This document shows, one piece after another, positions 63,745 through 64,000 of a DNA stretch of 64,000 nucleotides. Position numbers and translations under genes: made by a program. The stretch's first letter is position 1. The number at the start of each line of letters is the position of its first letter. The DNA is from Octopus sinensis. Taxonomy: Eukaryota. The stretch spans positions 4,092,001 through 4,156,000 of the forward strand of contig NC_043006.1 of NCBI RefSeq assembly GCF_006345805.1. Direction: 5' to 3'. The notes below the pieces were generated by a model. The model saw nothing but the letters and a program-made list of their open reading frames with translations, did no database searches and was not told the DNA's origin.

Positions 63745-63975
63745 TTATTCAAAAAGTTTGATTTGATCCCATAAAGTTTCGTAGCTCCGTTACAGGAATC
63801 TCGCTTGTTGAAGATTGGCGCATCAGAACCAGAATGTATCCAGAAAGTTGGTGGAACATCCCAGTAGAATCAGAAAGCCGGAGTAAACACAACGGACCCG
63901 ATATTGTTCTAAGGGACAGGAAAATAAGTCAAGCACTTTTGAAGAGATCATCTGCCCAGTCATATGTCAGTATCT
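63745..63975 (+). mobile_element. Decayed R4-type restriction-like endonuclease fragment after an (ATT)n tract
   Basis: WNIPVESESRSKHNGPDIVLRDRK resembles the W...H.RPDIV RLE motif. Confidence 0.5.
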
Positions 63976-64000
63976 CATCGTATTAAAGCGGCGAGCTGGC

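Overview
Eukaryotic, AT- and microsatellite-rich genomic DNA. It is most likely a cephalopod (octopus), inferred from the SINE families and TTAGGG-type repeats; no prokaryotic features are present. From left to right: (1) a 22/23-bp satellite (1-2581) abutting a ~6-kb degenerate interstitial (TTAGGG)n tract; (2) a short, apparently truncated plus-strand ankyrin-repeat gene (about 8.9-15.8 kb) with a partly duplicated exon and a mariner relic; (3) a large minus-strand multi-exon gene with two exons for an EMI-like Cys/Trp/Arg-rich domain (56820-56737, 50264-50188) followed by ~49 symmetric phase-1 exons (117 bp when intact), each encoding one calcium-binding EGF module. 45 of these form a near-identical tandem array (19617-44856) with ATC/ATT-microsatellite introns and a 7-unit higher-order repeat. 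The (AAT)n tracts of these introns carry repeated, co-oriented insertions of R4/Dong-type non-LTR retrotransposons, and two copies of one insertion bracket the array. The intron between the two EMI exons (51.3-56.4 kb) is packed with long fold-back elements, several carrying hammerhead-ribozyme cores (CUGANGA...GAAAC-palindrome-GUH) of the Penelope-element type. The right end is SINE/LINE debris. Most ORFs in the supplied track are repeat artefacts. All calls were made by eye; no alignment or folding program was run.
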